DNA of 64,000 bases. It comes from Bacteroidota bacterium (GTDB lineage: Bacteria; Bacteroidota; Bacteroidia; Bacteroidales; GWA2-32-17). The stretch covers positions 86,863 to 150,862 of the forward strand of contig JBBIRU010000012.1 of NCBI GenBank assembly GCA_037441645.1, read 5' to 3'. The notes below the pieces were generated by a model. It had not been told where the DNA came from, did not search any database, and saw nothing but the letters and a program-made list of their open reading frames with translations. A program made the position numbers and the translations under genes. Positions 10,358 to 20,447 of this stretch are shown here, piece after piece (the stretch's first letter is position 1; each line of letters starts with the position of its first letter).

Positions 10358-10813
10358 ATGCAACCGCTTAATTTTCCTGAATATCCGTTAAAACTTCGAA
10401 AAGTTAAATATCAAATACAGGTGTTTGACCGTTTGCGAAAAAAATATGTTGCATTAACACCCGAGGAATGGGTTCGTCAACACCTTATCTGGTATCTGAT
10501 TGAGGAACTAAACTATCCTGAAGGACTAATCAAACTGGAATATAGTTTCAGTGTAAATAACCAGCCTGTCCGAAGTGATATTATCGTGTTTTCGCGGGAT
10601 GGAAAACCTTTGTTGCTGGTAGAATGCAAGGCTCCAACGGTAAAAATAGGGAATGATACCTTAGATCAGGCCGGCCGGTATAATATTGTTACAAAAACGA
10701 ACTGGCTTGTCGTTACCAATGGCCTGCAACACTTGTGTTGTAAAATTGATTTCGAAACTCAAAAAATCACATTTATCAATAAAATTCCTGTATATCAGGA
10801 CATTTCTATTTAA
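10358..10813 (+). CDS. Small protein resembling the type I restriction enzyme HsdR N-terminal domain (PD-(D/E)xK fold)
   Basis: PEEWVRQHLIWYLIEELNYPEGLIKLEY...RSDIIVF...PLLLVECKAP shows the D...ExK pattern of the HSDR_N_2 family. Confidence 0.7.
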   Translation: MQPLNFPEYPLKLRKVKYQIQVFDRLRKKYVALTPEEWVRQHLIWYLIEELNYPEGLIKLEYSFSVNNQPVRSDIIVFSRDGKPLLLVECKAPTVKIGNDTLDQAGRYNIVTKTNWLVVTNGLQHLCCKIDFETQKITFINKIPVYQDISI

Positions 10814-10877
10814 TTTTTACATTTTCTTTTTTATTTACTGAATAATCATTATTTTAGCCTCCTTTTTATTCATTCTA

Positions 10878-11993
10878 ATGGCGAAGAAACACAGAAAATA
10901 CGGTCTGTTTCTTTATCCGCTATCCTTGCTTTACGGCTTTGTTGTGGGTTTCCGTCACATGCTTTTCAAAGTAAATATTTTACGATCAAGAGAATTTAAT
11001 ATTCCCATCATCAGTGTTGGAAATATAACGGTCGGCGGTACAGGTAAAACCCCACATATTGAATACCTCGCCGGATTACTTAAAAGAGAATTCCGGACTG
11101 CCGCTTTAAGCCGCGGTTATAAACGCAAAACCAGGGGTTTTAAAGAAGTAACCCTGAACTCAACAACCCGTGATGCCGGCGACGAACCCCTGCAAATTCT
11201 TATTAATCACCCCGAAATAACAGTTGTTGTTGATGAAAGCCGGGTTCACGGTATTGAAAAATTAATAACCGATAAATCCAGACAAATCCAGGTGGTTCTT
11301 CTTGATGATGCCTACCAACACATGTATGTAAAACCAGGAATGTCTATTTTACTTATCGATTATAACCGGCCCCTGTGGGAAGATTATTTACTTCCTTATG
11401 GAAATTTAAGGGAAAGGGAACATCATAAAGACAGGGCAAACGTAATCATTGTTACAAAAATGCAATCCGAAATAAAGCCTATTGAACGAAGAATTTTAGA
11501 AAAAGATCTTCAGCTTTATCCTTATCAGACACTATATTTTACTACTATAAAGTATAAAAATCCCGTAACTCTTTTTGAAGGAAAAACATTGGCCACCCAA
11601 TTCAGTTTCGTTAAAAATAAATACCATGTGCTCCTGGTAACAGGGATAGCATGTCCGGAAGAAATAGTTAAGCATATCAAACGATTCTCGCTTTCCATTA
11701 CTCACCTTCCTTTTAAAGATCACCATTCATTTAAAGAAAAAGACATAAAAAAAATAGTTGAAACTTTTCATTCCATTTCGGATGAAAAAGTATTGATTAC
11801 TACCGAAAAAGACTCTCTTCGTCTGCGCGAGGCCCAGGGTGTAAATTTACTTGAGGAGTTACCGGTATTTTATATTCCCATAGAAATTGATTTTCTTTAC
11901 GGCGATAAAAACAGGTTTAATAAACAAATTACGGAATATGTTAGAAAAAATAAACCGGTCAGTTCAATTTATCCGGGAAAAAACAGGCAGTAG
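10878..11993 (+). CDS. lpxK: Tetraacyldisaccharide 4'-kinase
   Basis: P-loop SVGNITVGGTGKTPHIEYL, then LSRGYKRK and LLDDAYQH motifs. Confidence 0.85.
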   Translation: MAKKHRKYGLFLYPLSLLYGFVVGFRHMLFKVNILRSREFNIPIISVGNITVGGTGKTPHIEYLAGLLKREFRTAALSRGYKRKTRGFKEVTLNSTTRDAGDEPLQILINHPEITVVVDESRVHGIEKLITDKSRQIQVVLLDDAYQHMYVKPGMSILLIDYNRPLWEDYLLPYGNLREREHHKDRANVIIVTKMQSEIKPIERRILEKDLQLYPYQTLYFTTIKYKNPVTLFEGKTLATQFSFVKNKYHVLLVTGIACPEEIVKHIKRFSLSITHLPFKDHHSFKEKDIKKIVETFHSISDEKVLITTEKDSLRLREAQGVNLLEELPVFYIPIEIDFLYGDKNRFNKQITEYVRKNKPVSSIYPGKNRQ

Positions 11994-12747
11994 TCCCGAG
12001 GCAGGTATTATACTTGGCACAGGGCTGGGTGGCCTGGTTCGTGAAATAGAAATATCTCATATTTTACCTTACCAAGAAATACCCAATTTCCCGGTTTCGA
12101 CAGTTGAAGGGCACCAGGGGAAATTAATTTTTGGAAAAATTTCCGGTAAAGAGGTAGTTGCCATGCAGGGCAGGTTTCATTTCTACGAAGGCTATAACAT
12201 GCAGGAGGTTACTTTTCCTGTAAGGGTTATGAAATACCTGGGTATCAAAACCCTGTTGGTATCCAACGCCAGTGGTGGTGTAAACCCCGATTTTGAAATT
12301 GGTGATCTGATGATACTTAACGATCACATTAACCTTATTCCCAATCCGCTGTTAGGCAAAAACTATCCTGAATTCGGCGCCCGTTTCCCGGATATGAGTG
12401 AAACTTACGATAAAAAACTTATTCAGAAAGCTGTTTCAATTGCCAAAAAACATAATATAAAAGTACAACAGGGAGTATATACAGGAGTTACCGGTCCGAC
12501 CCTTGAAACTCCTGCTGAATACAAATATTTCAGAATTATTGGCAGCGATGCCGTAGGAATGTCAACCGTTCCCGAAATTATTGTTGCTCACCAGATGGGA
12601 ATTCCCTGTTTTGCCATTTCTATAATCACCGATCTTGGCGTTCCTGGTAAAATCGTAAAAGTTACCCATGCCGATGTGCAAGGTGTTGCAGAGAGAGCAG
12701 AACCACTGATGACACTGATCATGAAAGAACTGGTTGCTGAATTATAA
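11938..12747 (+). CDS. Purine nucleoside phosphorylase (PNP/MTAP family 2)
   Basis: GIILGTGLGGL...STVEGHQGKLIFG...VAMQGRFHFYEGY...LVSNASGG...MSTVPE. I chose the start at MLEKINRSVQFIREK, which overlaps the lpxK 3' end by 56 nt. Confidence 0.8.
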   Translation: MLEKINRSVQFIREKTGSSPEAGIILGTGLGGLVREIEISHILPYQEIPNFPVSTVEGHQGKLIFGKISGKEVVAMQGRFHFYEGYNMQEVTFPVRVMKYLGIKTLLVSNASGGVNPDFEIGDLMILNDHINLIPNPLLGKNYPEFGARFPDMSETYDKKLIQKAVSIAKKHNIKVQQGVYTGVTGPTLETPAEYKYFRIIGSDAVGMSTVPEIIVAHQMGIPCFAISIITDLGVPGKIVKVTHADVQGVAERAEPLMTLIMKELVAEL

Positions 12748-12759
12748 AGAATTCAGCAA
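12734..12759. terminator. Perfect 10-bp stem hairpin between convergent genes, a candidate bidirectional terminator
   Basis: TTGCTGAATT-ataaag-AATTCAGCAA. It includes the PNP stop codon. No strong T-run follows. Confidence 0.4.
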
Positions 12760-12779
12760 TTCAATAAACCGTTATTTTC

Positions 12780-13568
12780 TTAACGTACTATGCAAAATTT
12801 GTACGATGATGAACCCTTACCGGAACTTATTTTTAGCAGGTAATTTCCGCTGGCATATTTTTCCAGGTCTATTTCAGATTCATGTTTACCAGTTGTTACT
12901 TTTTTATTGATCGAAGAGAATAATTTTTCGTTGTCAGCAGAATATATTTCAATTTTTATATCCGAAGCCTCTTTGAGTGAATAACTTATTTTAGCTTTAT
13001 TACGCACCGGGTTAGGAAACAAATTCAAACTGAAATTATTAATTCCATTTTCAAAAACAGCATCATTTGCATGTAATGCCGAATCGATAGCCATACTCAG
13101 ACCCAACGAATCACCGGAAGCATCGTCATTCTGATTAAAGTATATATGATGATTCTGTCCTCCTAAAACGACTATTTTAGGCATTCCTGCAGTACCATAA
13201 TTGAGTGATGTTAATGAAGCCGTAGAAATAATTATTGTATTTGTATCTATATGATTATTTGCAGCCCACACAATTAATGTATCACATTTATGACTTCCGA
13301 AACCATCGCTTAAATAAAACAAGATACGGCCCGGATAAGATGTTTTAAATATATTAATAATATTATATACCGTTCTGCTCGGGTTCAGGCATGAACCGCA
13401 TGGCATAACAAAATCAATTACAACTACTTTGTCCGAATCCAGTTCACTAAAAAGATGATGCGGATTTCCGGAACAATCGCCAGCATCAAAGTCGGTTGCA
13501 GTTGTCTGGGCGTTTAATTGAAAAAAATGAAGGAAAATAAATATAACAAGTAAGAATATTTTATTCAT
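12780..13568 (-). CDS. T9SS-sorted protein with a thioredoxin-like CxxC motif
   Basis: Signal peptide; VVVIDFVMPCGSCLNPS (CGSC); type A T9SS C-terminal domain LFPNPVRNKAKISYSL...GNYLLKISS. Confidence 0.65.
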   Translation of the reverse strand: MNKIFLLVIFIFLHFFQLNAQTTATDFDAGDCSGNPHHLFSELDSDKVVVIDFVMPCGSCLNPSRTVYNIINIFKTSYPGRILFYLSDGFGSHKCDTLIVWAANNHIDTNTIIISTASLTSLNYGTAGMPKIVVLGGQNHHIYFNQNDDASGDSLGLSMAIDSALHANDAVFENGINNFSLNLFPNPVRNKAKISYSLKEASDIKIEIYSADNEKLFSSINKKVTTGKHESEIDLEKYASGNYLLKISSGKGSSSYKFCIVR

Positions 13569-13595
13569 TTTAACTTTGTCTTTTTATTAATATTT

Positions 13596-14843
13596 TCATT
13601 TTAAAGTTTGAAAACCAAAGTCGGTAGGATTCTGGAAAATTCTCAATCCAAACTGCGGAATTTCTGCTAACAAATGGTCAAATATATCTGATTGCAGATT
13701 TTCAAATGGCTCAAGTTCAAACACTTTGCTAAAGAAATATAATTCAATTGGAATACCCGTTTCTGCAGGTTGAAGCTGGCGAACCATAACGGTCATATCC
13801 TGCCTGATGTTTGGATTATTTTTAAGATACAACTGGATATATTTCCTGAAAGTTCCGAGATTTGTAAGTTTCTGCAGATTTACCGAAGAAGCTTTATCTG
13901 CATCTTTATTTATTTGTCCCAGTTCCAGACATTTCTCATCAAGATACGCCCGTAACAAATCAATCTTTTTAAAATCTTCTATTTCCTTTTCCGACAGGAA
14001 ATGAACGCTTTTCATATCGATATTTATGGAACGTTTTACACGGCGCGCCTGCGAATCTTCCAATCCCCGGAAATTAATAAATGATTCGGAAACCATGGAG
14101 TAGGAAGGAATCATGGAAATGGTCTTATCCCAGTTTTCAACTTTCACCGTATGCAAAGTAATCTCAGTAACAGTTCCGTCGGCTCCTTTCGATGGCATCG
14201 AAATCCAGTCGCCCAGCTTTACCATATCGTTGGCAGAAAGCTGAATTCCGGCAACCAATCCTAACAAGGTGTCCTTAAATACCAGCATCAGTACAGCCGC
14301 CAATGCACCAATACCGGTTAAAAAATAGCCCGGGTTTTTATCAATAAGAATCGATAAAATCAAAAGCCCCCCGACAGCATAATTAAATATATTTACTATC
14401 TGCAGAAATCCTTTTATTGGCCTGTCTTTTGAAGATGGCATCTGAAGGTATATCTCATTCAACGCACTTAGAAATGCACTGATAATGAGCATGACAACGA
14501 TTATCATATAAATAAAGACTCCCGAACGGGTAATATGTATCCATCCGGGATGGCCAACAAAAGCAATCTTTGCAGAATAATAAATAATAATGGCAGGTAC
14601 AAGATGCGAAAATCTATGAAATACTTTTTTCTCCAGAAGAATATCATCCCATGTATTTTTGCTTCGTTTTACAATTTTCTTTACAATTACCAGGATCAGT
14701 TCCTTTGCAATAAAATTAGCCACAATACAGGCAAAAGCAATGGCAGCAATAACAATTATCATCTTAATACCCGATGCCCAATGAACATCTAACCCCAGCC
14801 CAACCAGCCAGTTCTCAATATTTTTTCCTATATTATAATTCAT
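13596..14843 (-). CDS. Mechanosensitive ion channel (MscS family)
   Basis: Multiple TM helices, then VKLGDWISMPSKGADGTVTEITLHTVKVENWDKTISMIPSYSMVSESFINF, the MscS beta-domain signature. Confidence 0.8.
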   Translation of the reverse strand: MNYNIGKNIENWLVGLGLDVHWASGIKMIIVIAAIAFACIVANFIAKELILVIVKKIVKRSKNTWDDILLEKKVFHRFSHLVPAIIIYYSAKIAFVGHPGWIHITRSGVFIYMIIVVMLIISAFLSALNEIYLQMPSSKDRPIKGFLQIVNIFNYAVGGLLILSILIDKNPGYFLTGIGALAAVLMLVFKDTLLGLVAGIQLSANDMVKLGDWISMPSKGADGTVTEITLHTVKVENWDKTISMIPSYSMVSESFINFRGLEDSQARRVKRSINIDMKSVHFLSEKEIEDFKKIDLLRAYLDEKCLELGQINKDADKASSVNLQKLTNLGTFRKYIQLYLKNNPNIRQDMTVMVRQLQPAETGIPIELYFFSKVFELEPFENLQSDIFDHLLAEIPQFGLRIFQNPTDFGFQTLK

Positions 14844-15023
14844 TTTTTAAAATGTTAATATTCGTTTTAAACACGAAAATACCTTTTTCAATTCATTATA
14901 CTGAATCATTAAAGTTTTCATCATAAACTTAATCAAATACAAAGTTAAGGTAAAAAGAAATAATTAATTCAAATTATTTAGAATTATTCTTATTAAATTT
15001 GTATAATGAAAAAAATGAAATAA

Positions 15024-17459
15024 ATGTCTTCATTAAATACAACACCATTAAACGAGAACGAAATTTCTTTCGAAGATTTTAAAAGTGATGTTTTAAACGA
15101 TTATTACATTGCCTGCCTAAGCCGCCAGTTAAGTATAATCGGGCGAAAAGAAGTTCTTTCGGGAAAAGCAAAGTTTGGAATTTTCGGCGATGGAAAAGAA
15201 GTTGCCCAGATTGCCATGGCTAAAGCTTTCCGTAATGGCGACTGGCGTTCGGGATATTATCGCGACCAGACTTTTATGCTGGCCGCCGGAATGCTTACAG
15301 CCGAACAGTTTTTTGCACAATTATATGGTGATACCGATATCAGGAACAATCCCCATAACAGTGGCAGATCATTTAATAATCATTTCAGTACAGCTAATTC
15401 CAATCCTGACGGCACCTGGAAAAACCTGGTGCAGCAAAAAAATTCCTCGGCCGATATTTCTCCCACTGCCGGACAAATGCCTAGATTACTGGGTTTAGCA
15501 TGGGCTTCAAAGCTTTTCCGCAACAATACAGAAATACATTCTTATACAAATTTTACCGACAAAGGAAACGAGGTTGCTTTCGGAACCATAGGTGATGCAA
15601 GCACGTCCGAAGGTCATTTTTGGGAAACCATGAATGCGGCCGGAGTATTGCAGGTTCCGCTGGCCATGTTCGTCTGGGATGATGGCTACGGAATTTCAGT
15701 TCCTAAAAAACACCAGACGACCAAACAAAGTATTTCTGAATTGTTACGTGGTTTTGAAAAAGATTCGCAGGGTGGAATCCGTATTTACAGGGCTAAAGGC
15801 TGGGATTATGCCGGACTTATTAAAACTATTGCAGAAGGAATAGAACGTTGTCGTAAAGAACATGTTCCTGCTTTATTTCACATAGAAGAAATGACTCAGC
15901 CCCAGGGACACTCTACATCAGGCTCGCATGAGAGGTATAAATCTCCCGACCGGTTGAAATGGGAAGAAGAATTCGACCCGATTACAAGAATGCGTAACTG
16001 GATAATTGAAAAACAAATTGCAGGCGAGGAAGAAATAAAAGAAACAGAAAACCGGGCTGTTGCCGATACAAAAGAAGCCCGGCAAAAAGCATGGACTGCC
16101 TTTACAGAACCAATCAAACGAGAAAGAGACGAACTGGTAAAAATTATCGATAACCGTTCGTGTATTTGTAAGCGCGAACATATAGATAAGGTTGGATTAA
16201 TTACCGATGATTTACGGAAAATTATCAACCCGATCCGTAAAGACGTTTTCAGTCATGCCAAAAAAATTCTCCGGCATGTTTGCCTTGATTGTACTACCCG
16301 CAAAAAACTCCAGGAAGATCTGCACCATTGGCTGGAGCGAAATTATGCCGATGCACACATAAGATACAACAGTCATATTTATGTTCAGAACGAGCGGTCT
16401 GCACTAAAAGTAAAGGGTGTTGACCCCGTATTTTTTAATGAATCATCACTTGTTAATGGCCGTGAAATTTTGCGTGATAACTGGGATTACCAGCTTGGAA
16501 AAAATCCATTACTTGTTGTTTTTGGAGAAGATGTAGGTCATATCGGTGGGGTTAACCAGTCCTACGAAGGACTCCAGAATAAATACGGTGAAATAAGGGT
16601 TACAGATACGGGAATACGGGAAACAACCATACTTGGACAGGGAATTGGTCTTGCCTTGCGGGGACTAAGGCCGATTGTCGAAATCCAGTATTTTGATTAT
16701 TTGTTATATGCCTTGCAGACGTTAAGCGACGACCTTGCATGTCTTCATTTTCGTACGGCAGGAGGCCAGAAAGCACCTGTAATCATAACTACCCGTGGTC
16801 ACAGGCTCGAAGGAATCTGGCATTCCGGTTCACCCTTGAGCATGGTAATTAATTCTATCCGCGGGGTATATGTCTGTGTTCCACGCAACATGACACAAGC
16901 CGCCGGATTCTATAACACTTTACTTGAAGCAGATGATTCTGCTCTTGTAATTGAACCATTAAACGGCTACCGCTTAAAAGAAAAACGACCTGAAAATATC
17001 GGAGAATATAAAATCCCCCTGGGTATTCCCGAAATTCTGAATGAAGGAAAAGACGTTACCCTTCTCACCTATGGCTCGTGTGTACGAATTGCCCAGGATG
17101 CCATCGAACAGTTAAAAGAATTCGGTATTTCTGTTGAACTGATTGACGTGCGCACATTGTTGCCATTTGATATAAACCACAGGATACTGGAATCGGTAAA
17201 AAAAACCAATAAAGTAGTCTTTTTTGATGAAGATGTGCCGGGTGGCGCTACTGCATTCATGATGCAGAAAGTACTTGAAGAACAGGGTGCTTTTCACTAC
17301 CTGGATGCCGAACCCAAAACTATAACTGCCCAGGAACACCGGCCTGCCTATGCCACCGATGGCGATTATTTTTCAAACCCTAATGCCGAGGATGTATTTG
17401 AAGGTATCTACGATCTGATGCATAATTATAATCCGAAAAAATTTCCCCGGATTTATTAA
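15024..17459 (+). CDS. Alpha-keto acid dehydrogenase E1 component, fused alpha/beta subunits (TPP-dependent)
   Basis: 811 aa. The N-terminal half resembles E1 alpha (GDGKEVAQIAMA...GDASTSEGHFWE). The C-terminal half resembles the E1 beta/transketolase pyrimidine-binding and C-terminal domains (FGEDVG...VTDTGIRE...ELIDVRTLLPFD). Confidence 0.8.
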   Translation: MSSLNTTPLNENEISFEDFKSDVLNDYYIACLSRQLSIIGRKEVLSGKAKFGIFGDGKEVAQIAMAKAFRNGDWRSGYYRDQTFMLAAGMLTAEQFFAQLYGDTDIRNNPHNSGRSFNNHFSTANSNPDGTWKNLVQQKNSSADISPTAGQMPRLLGLAWASKLFRNNTEIHSYTNFTDKGNEVAFGTIGDASTSEGHFWETMNAAGVLQVPLAMFVWDDGYGISVPKKHQTTKQSISELLRGFEKDSQGGIRIYRAKGWDYAGLIKTIAEGIERCRKEHVPALFHIEEMTQPQGHSTSGSHERYKSPDRLKWEEEFDPITRMRNWIIEKQIAGEEEIKETENRAVADTKEARQKAWTAFTEPIKRERDELVKIIDNRSCICKREHIDKVGLITDDLRKIINPIRKDVFSHAKKILRHVCLDCTTRKKLQEDLHHWLERNYADAHIRYNSHIYVQNERSALKVKGVDPVFFNESSLVNGREILRDNWDYQLGKNPLLVVFGEDVGHIGGVNQSYEGLQNKYGEIRVTDTGIRETTILGQGIGLALRGLRPIVEIQYFDYLLYALQTLSDDLACLHFRTAGGQKAPVIITTRGHRLEGIWHSGSPLSMVINSIRGVYVCVPRNMTQAAGFYNTLLEADDSALVIEPLNGYRLKEKRPENIGEYKIPLGIPEILNEGKDVTLLTYGSCVRIAQDAIEQLKEFGISVELIDVRTLLPFDINHRILESVKKTNKVVFFDEDVPGGATAFMMQKVLEEQGAFHYLDAEPKTITAQEHRPAYATDGDYFSNPNAEDVFEGIYDLMHNYNPKKFPRIY

Positions 17460-17532
17460 AAAAATCAAGAGAACAGGAAATTTCATTTTGAACAGAATCG
17501 GTTAACATTTCTATCTTTGGCAAATTTTTCTT

Positions 17533-18420
17533 ATGAACTTCGATAACCGTACCGGTCATGTATTGACTCTTCTTTTCCTTGCTTTTATCTGGGGATCATC
17601 GTTTATATTAATGAAACGGGGACTTGAAGTATATACAGCCAACCAGGTAGCTGCCCTGCGCTTATTCATATCATTCCTTGTATTGTTGCCTTTTGCCATT
17701 CCCCGGATTAAACTGCTCAAAGGAAAAAACCTGTTTTTTATTGCTGTTGCCGGTTTCCTGGGAAGCGGTATTCCCGCCTTTTTATTCACTATTTCACAAG
17801 AGCATGTGAATAGTTCAATGGCAGGAATTCTGAATGCCATGACACCTCTTTTCACCATGCTGGTTGCAGTTTTTTTATTCAGAACAAAAGTATCGTTGTT
17901 AAATGTTTCAGGAATTATTCTTGGATTGATCGGCGCCGGCACATTAGTAATTAAAGATTTTTCCGTTTTTCTCGATAAAAATAATATTTTCGGTTTATTA
18001 ATAGTTCTGGCCACCTTTTTATATGGATATAATACCAATCACGTAAAACACCGGCTAACACAACTTGATGGAATGGCAATTACCTCTTTGTCGTTTTTCC
18101 TGGTTGGGCCATTTGCCGGTATTTATCTTTTGTTTTCAGGAGTTTCAGCGCCGCTTCAAAGTCCTCATGGGCTTTCAGCGTTGGGTTATATTGCTATTCT
18201 TGCAATTGTAGGAACAGCTTTGGCTATGATTATCTGGAATACCCTGATAAAAAAACTGACGGCTATTTATGCATCATCAGTAACTTATATTATCCCGGTT
18301 TTTGCAATCATGTGGGGAGTTTTAGACGGGGAAGAATTCTCTCTTCGCGAACTTCTGGCAATTGCGCTTATCTTTGCAGGAATTTACCTGGTAAATAAAA
18401 AAGAAAAATATGAATCTTAA
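17533..18420 (+). CDS. EamA/DMT family transporter
   Basis: About 10 predicted TM helices and two EamA-like halves (LLFLAFIWGSSFILMK...). Confidence 0.75.
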   Translation: MNFDNRTGHVLTLLFLAFIWGSSFILMKRGLEVYTANQVAALRLFISFLVLLPFAIPRIKLLKGKNLFFIAVAGFLGSGIPAFLFTISQEHVNSSMAGILNAMTPLFTMLVAVFLFRTKVSLLNVSGIILGLIGAGTLVIKDFSVFLDKNNIFGLLIVLATFLYGYNTNHVKHRLTQLDGMAITSLSFFLVGPFAGIYLLFSGVSAPLQSPHGLSALGYIAILAIVGTALAMIIWNTLIKKLTAIYASSVTYIIPVFAIMWGVLDGEEFSLRELLAIALIFAGIYLVNKKEKYES

Positions 18421-20020
18421 AAAGTATCAGCTCTGGACACTCCCGGTTATCAGCGGCATTATGCTTAGTTGTGGATGGCTGGGCGGAATTTTCCAGCTTT
18501 TGATTTTTTTTGCTTTTATTCCTTTACTGGTACTTGAAGATTATTACTTTCAGCAAATCGGAAAACGAAGTAGTTTCCGGATATTCTTTAAATCTTTGTT
18601 AGGATTCCTCATATGGAACGCCATTTCATCGTATTGGATATGGAACGCATCTGAATCAGGGGCAATCATGGCCATTGTATTCAATTCCATATTTATGGCA
18701 ACTTTATTCTGGATTTTTCATGCAACAAAGAAGAAACTTGGCAGAAGATTAGGATATATAGCATTTGTTGCATACTGGGTGGGCTTTGAGTATCTTCATC
18801 TGAACTGGGAACTCTCCTGGACCTGGCTCACTCTGGGAAACGGACTTTCTGAAAACATCCGGCTAATCCAATGGTACGAATATACAGGAACGCTGGGCGG
18901 TTCATTGTGGATATTAGTTTGCAACCTGATGTTTTTCGAAATTTTCAGAAATCTACCCTTCCGGAATAAAAAGTTAAGGAACGTTAAAATAACATATGCC
19001 GCTCTTGCTTTGTTCCTGCCAATTGTTATTTCTTTCATCATTTATACCATTTATAAAGAAAAAGGCAAACCGGTTGAAGTGGTAGTTGTTCAGCCTAACA
19101 TCGATCCCTATAATGATAAGTTCGGGGGAATGCCCGTTGAACTTCAGCTTGAAAAAATAATTCACCTGGCCGATTCTTTATGTGATGAAAACACAGATTA
19201 CGTGGTAGCACCCGAAACAGCAATTCCACTGGGTATATGGGAAGAAGATCTTCAAAGCCATCCCGATATAATTTCTCTTAAAGTTTTTACTTATAGACAT
19301 CCCAGGGTTAAAATAGTCATCGGCGCTTCAACATTTAAAATGTTTAAAGGTAACGAGAAGCTAAGCCCCACAGCCCACCTGTTCTCAGACTCCGGTGAAT
19401 ATTATGATTCCTATAACACAGCACTGCAAATAGATACCGGCAAAGAAATCCAGATATATCATAAATCCAAGCTGGTACTCGGTGTCGAAAAAATGCCGTT
19501 TCTTAATTCCATTGACTGGTTAAAGGATGTTTCCATTGAACTTGGCGGAACCTCCGGTAGTTTGGGAACACAGCCGGAGCCGGGTATTTTCATTTCCGGG
19601 AACCGGGAATATAAGATTGCTCCTGTAATCTGTTACGAATCTATTTATGGTGAATATGTAACCGGATACATACAAAAGGGAGCAAACCTTATCTTTGTCA
19701 TAACAAATGATGGATGGTGGGGAAATACTCCCGGTTATACACAACATTTATCTTACAGTTCGCTGAGAGCCATTGAGACCCGCCGGGATATCGCCCGTTC
19801 TGCCAATACAGGAATCTCATGCTTTGTTAACCAGCTGGGAGAAATTCAGCAACCCACAAAATGGTGGACTCCCACTGCCATAAAACAAAAAATACTTACC
19901 AATAATGAAACCACATTCTATGTAAGAATGGGCGATTACATTGGCAGGATTGCAGGATTGCTGTCGGTTCTGATATTTTTGTTCTTTATTACAATGATGT
20001 TTCGCAAGAAAAAAGTCTGA
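18410..20020 (+). CDS. lnt: Apolipoprotein N-acyltransferase
   Basis: N-terminal polytopic membrane domain plus a nitrilase-like domain (VVVVQPNIDPY..., ICYESIYGEYV, ITNDGWWGNTPGYTQHL). Confidence 0.85.
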   Translation: MNLKKYQLWTLPVISGIMLSCGWLGGIFQLLIFFAFIPLLVLEDYYFQQIGKRSSFRIFFKSLLGFLIWNAISSYWIWNASESGAIMAIVFNSIFMATLFWIFHATKKKLGRRLGYIAFVAYWVGFEYLHLNWELSWTWLTLGNGLSENIRLIQWYEYTGTLGGSLWILVCNLMFFEIFRNLPFRNKKLRNVKITYAALALFLPIVISFIIYTIYKEKGKPVEVVVVQPNIDPYNDKFGGMPVELQLEKIIHLADSLCDENTDYVVAPETAIPLGIWEEDLQSHPDIISLKVFTYRHPRVKIVIGASTFKMFKGNEKLSPTAHLFSDSGEYYDSYNTALQIDTGKEIQIYHKSKLVLGVEKMPFLNSIDWLKDVSIELGGTSGSLGTQPEPGIFISGNREYKIAPVICYESIYGEYVTGYIQKGANLIFVITNDGWWGNTPGYTQHLSYSSLRAIETRRDIARSANTGISCFVNQLGEIQQPTKWWTPTAIKQKILTNNETTFYVRMGDYIGRIAGLLSVLIFLFFITMMFRKKKV

Positions 20021-20048
20021 ATTTCGTTTTTAATGTATTCAGAATTTT

Positions 20049-20447
20049 ATGAATACGATATTTCTTGTCTTTCTCGATTATTTTTTCCTGGTATTTCATA
20101 CCCTTTTTACCTTGTTTAATATGACAGGATGGATATGGAAACGAAGCCGCCGTTGGCATTTATATGGTATTCTTGCTACCGCTGCCTCGTGGTTTATATT
20201 AGGAGCATGGTATGGGTGGGGCTACTGCATATGTACCGATGCTCACTGGCATATTCGTGACATGCTTGGTAAGCCGATTAAACAACATTCGTATATAAGT
20301 TTCCTGGTTAAAGAAATCTCAGGTGCTGATACAAATCCTAAAGTGGTTGATGCTGTTGTGCTGGGAACCTTTATTTTCTGTTTTGGAATTTCCGTATGGT
20401 TAAATTTAAGGGATTATAAAAAGAAAAAACGATTATTAAATTCTTAA
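20049..20447 (+). CDS. Small membrane protein, DUF2784-like
   Basis: 132 aa, 3-4 TM segments. The GWGYCICTDAHWHIRDMLG segment resembles the DUF2784 CPLT..E..LR region. Assignment is tentative. Confidence 0.5.
   Translation: MNTIFLVFLDYFFLVFHTLFTLFNMTGWIWKRSRRWHLYGILATAASWFILGAWYGWGYCICTDAHWHIRDMLGKPIKQHSYISFLVKEISGADTNPKVVDAVVLGTFIFCFGISVWLNLRDYKKKKRLLNS

Noticed and set aside
11938-11993. 56-nt overlap between lpxK and the PNP gene as a possible programmed feature
   Set aside because: It is most simply start-codon ambiguity or an ordinary operon overlap. No slippery site or other structure is evident.
17556-18038. 160-aa antisense ORF inside the EamA transporter gene
   Set aside because: It lies opposite a CDS with a clear polytopic-transporter pattern, and the antisense product is basic low-complexity sequence.
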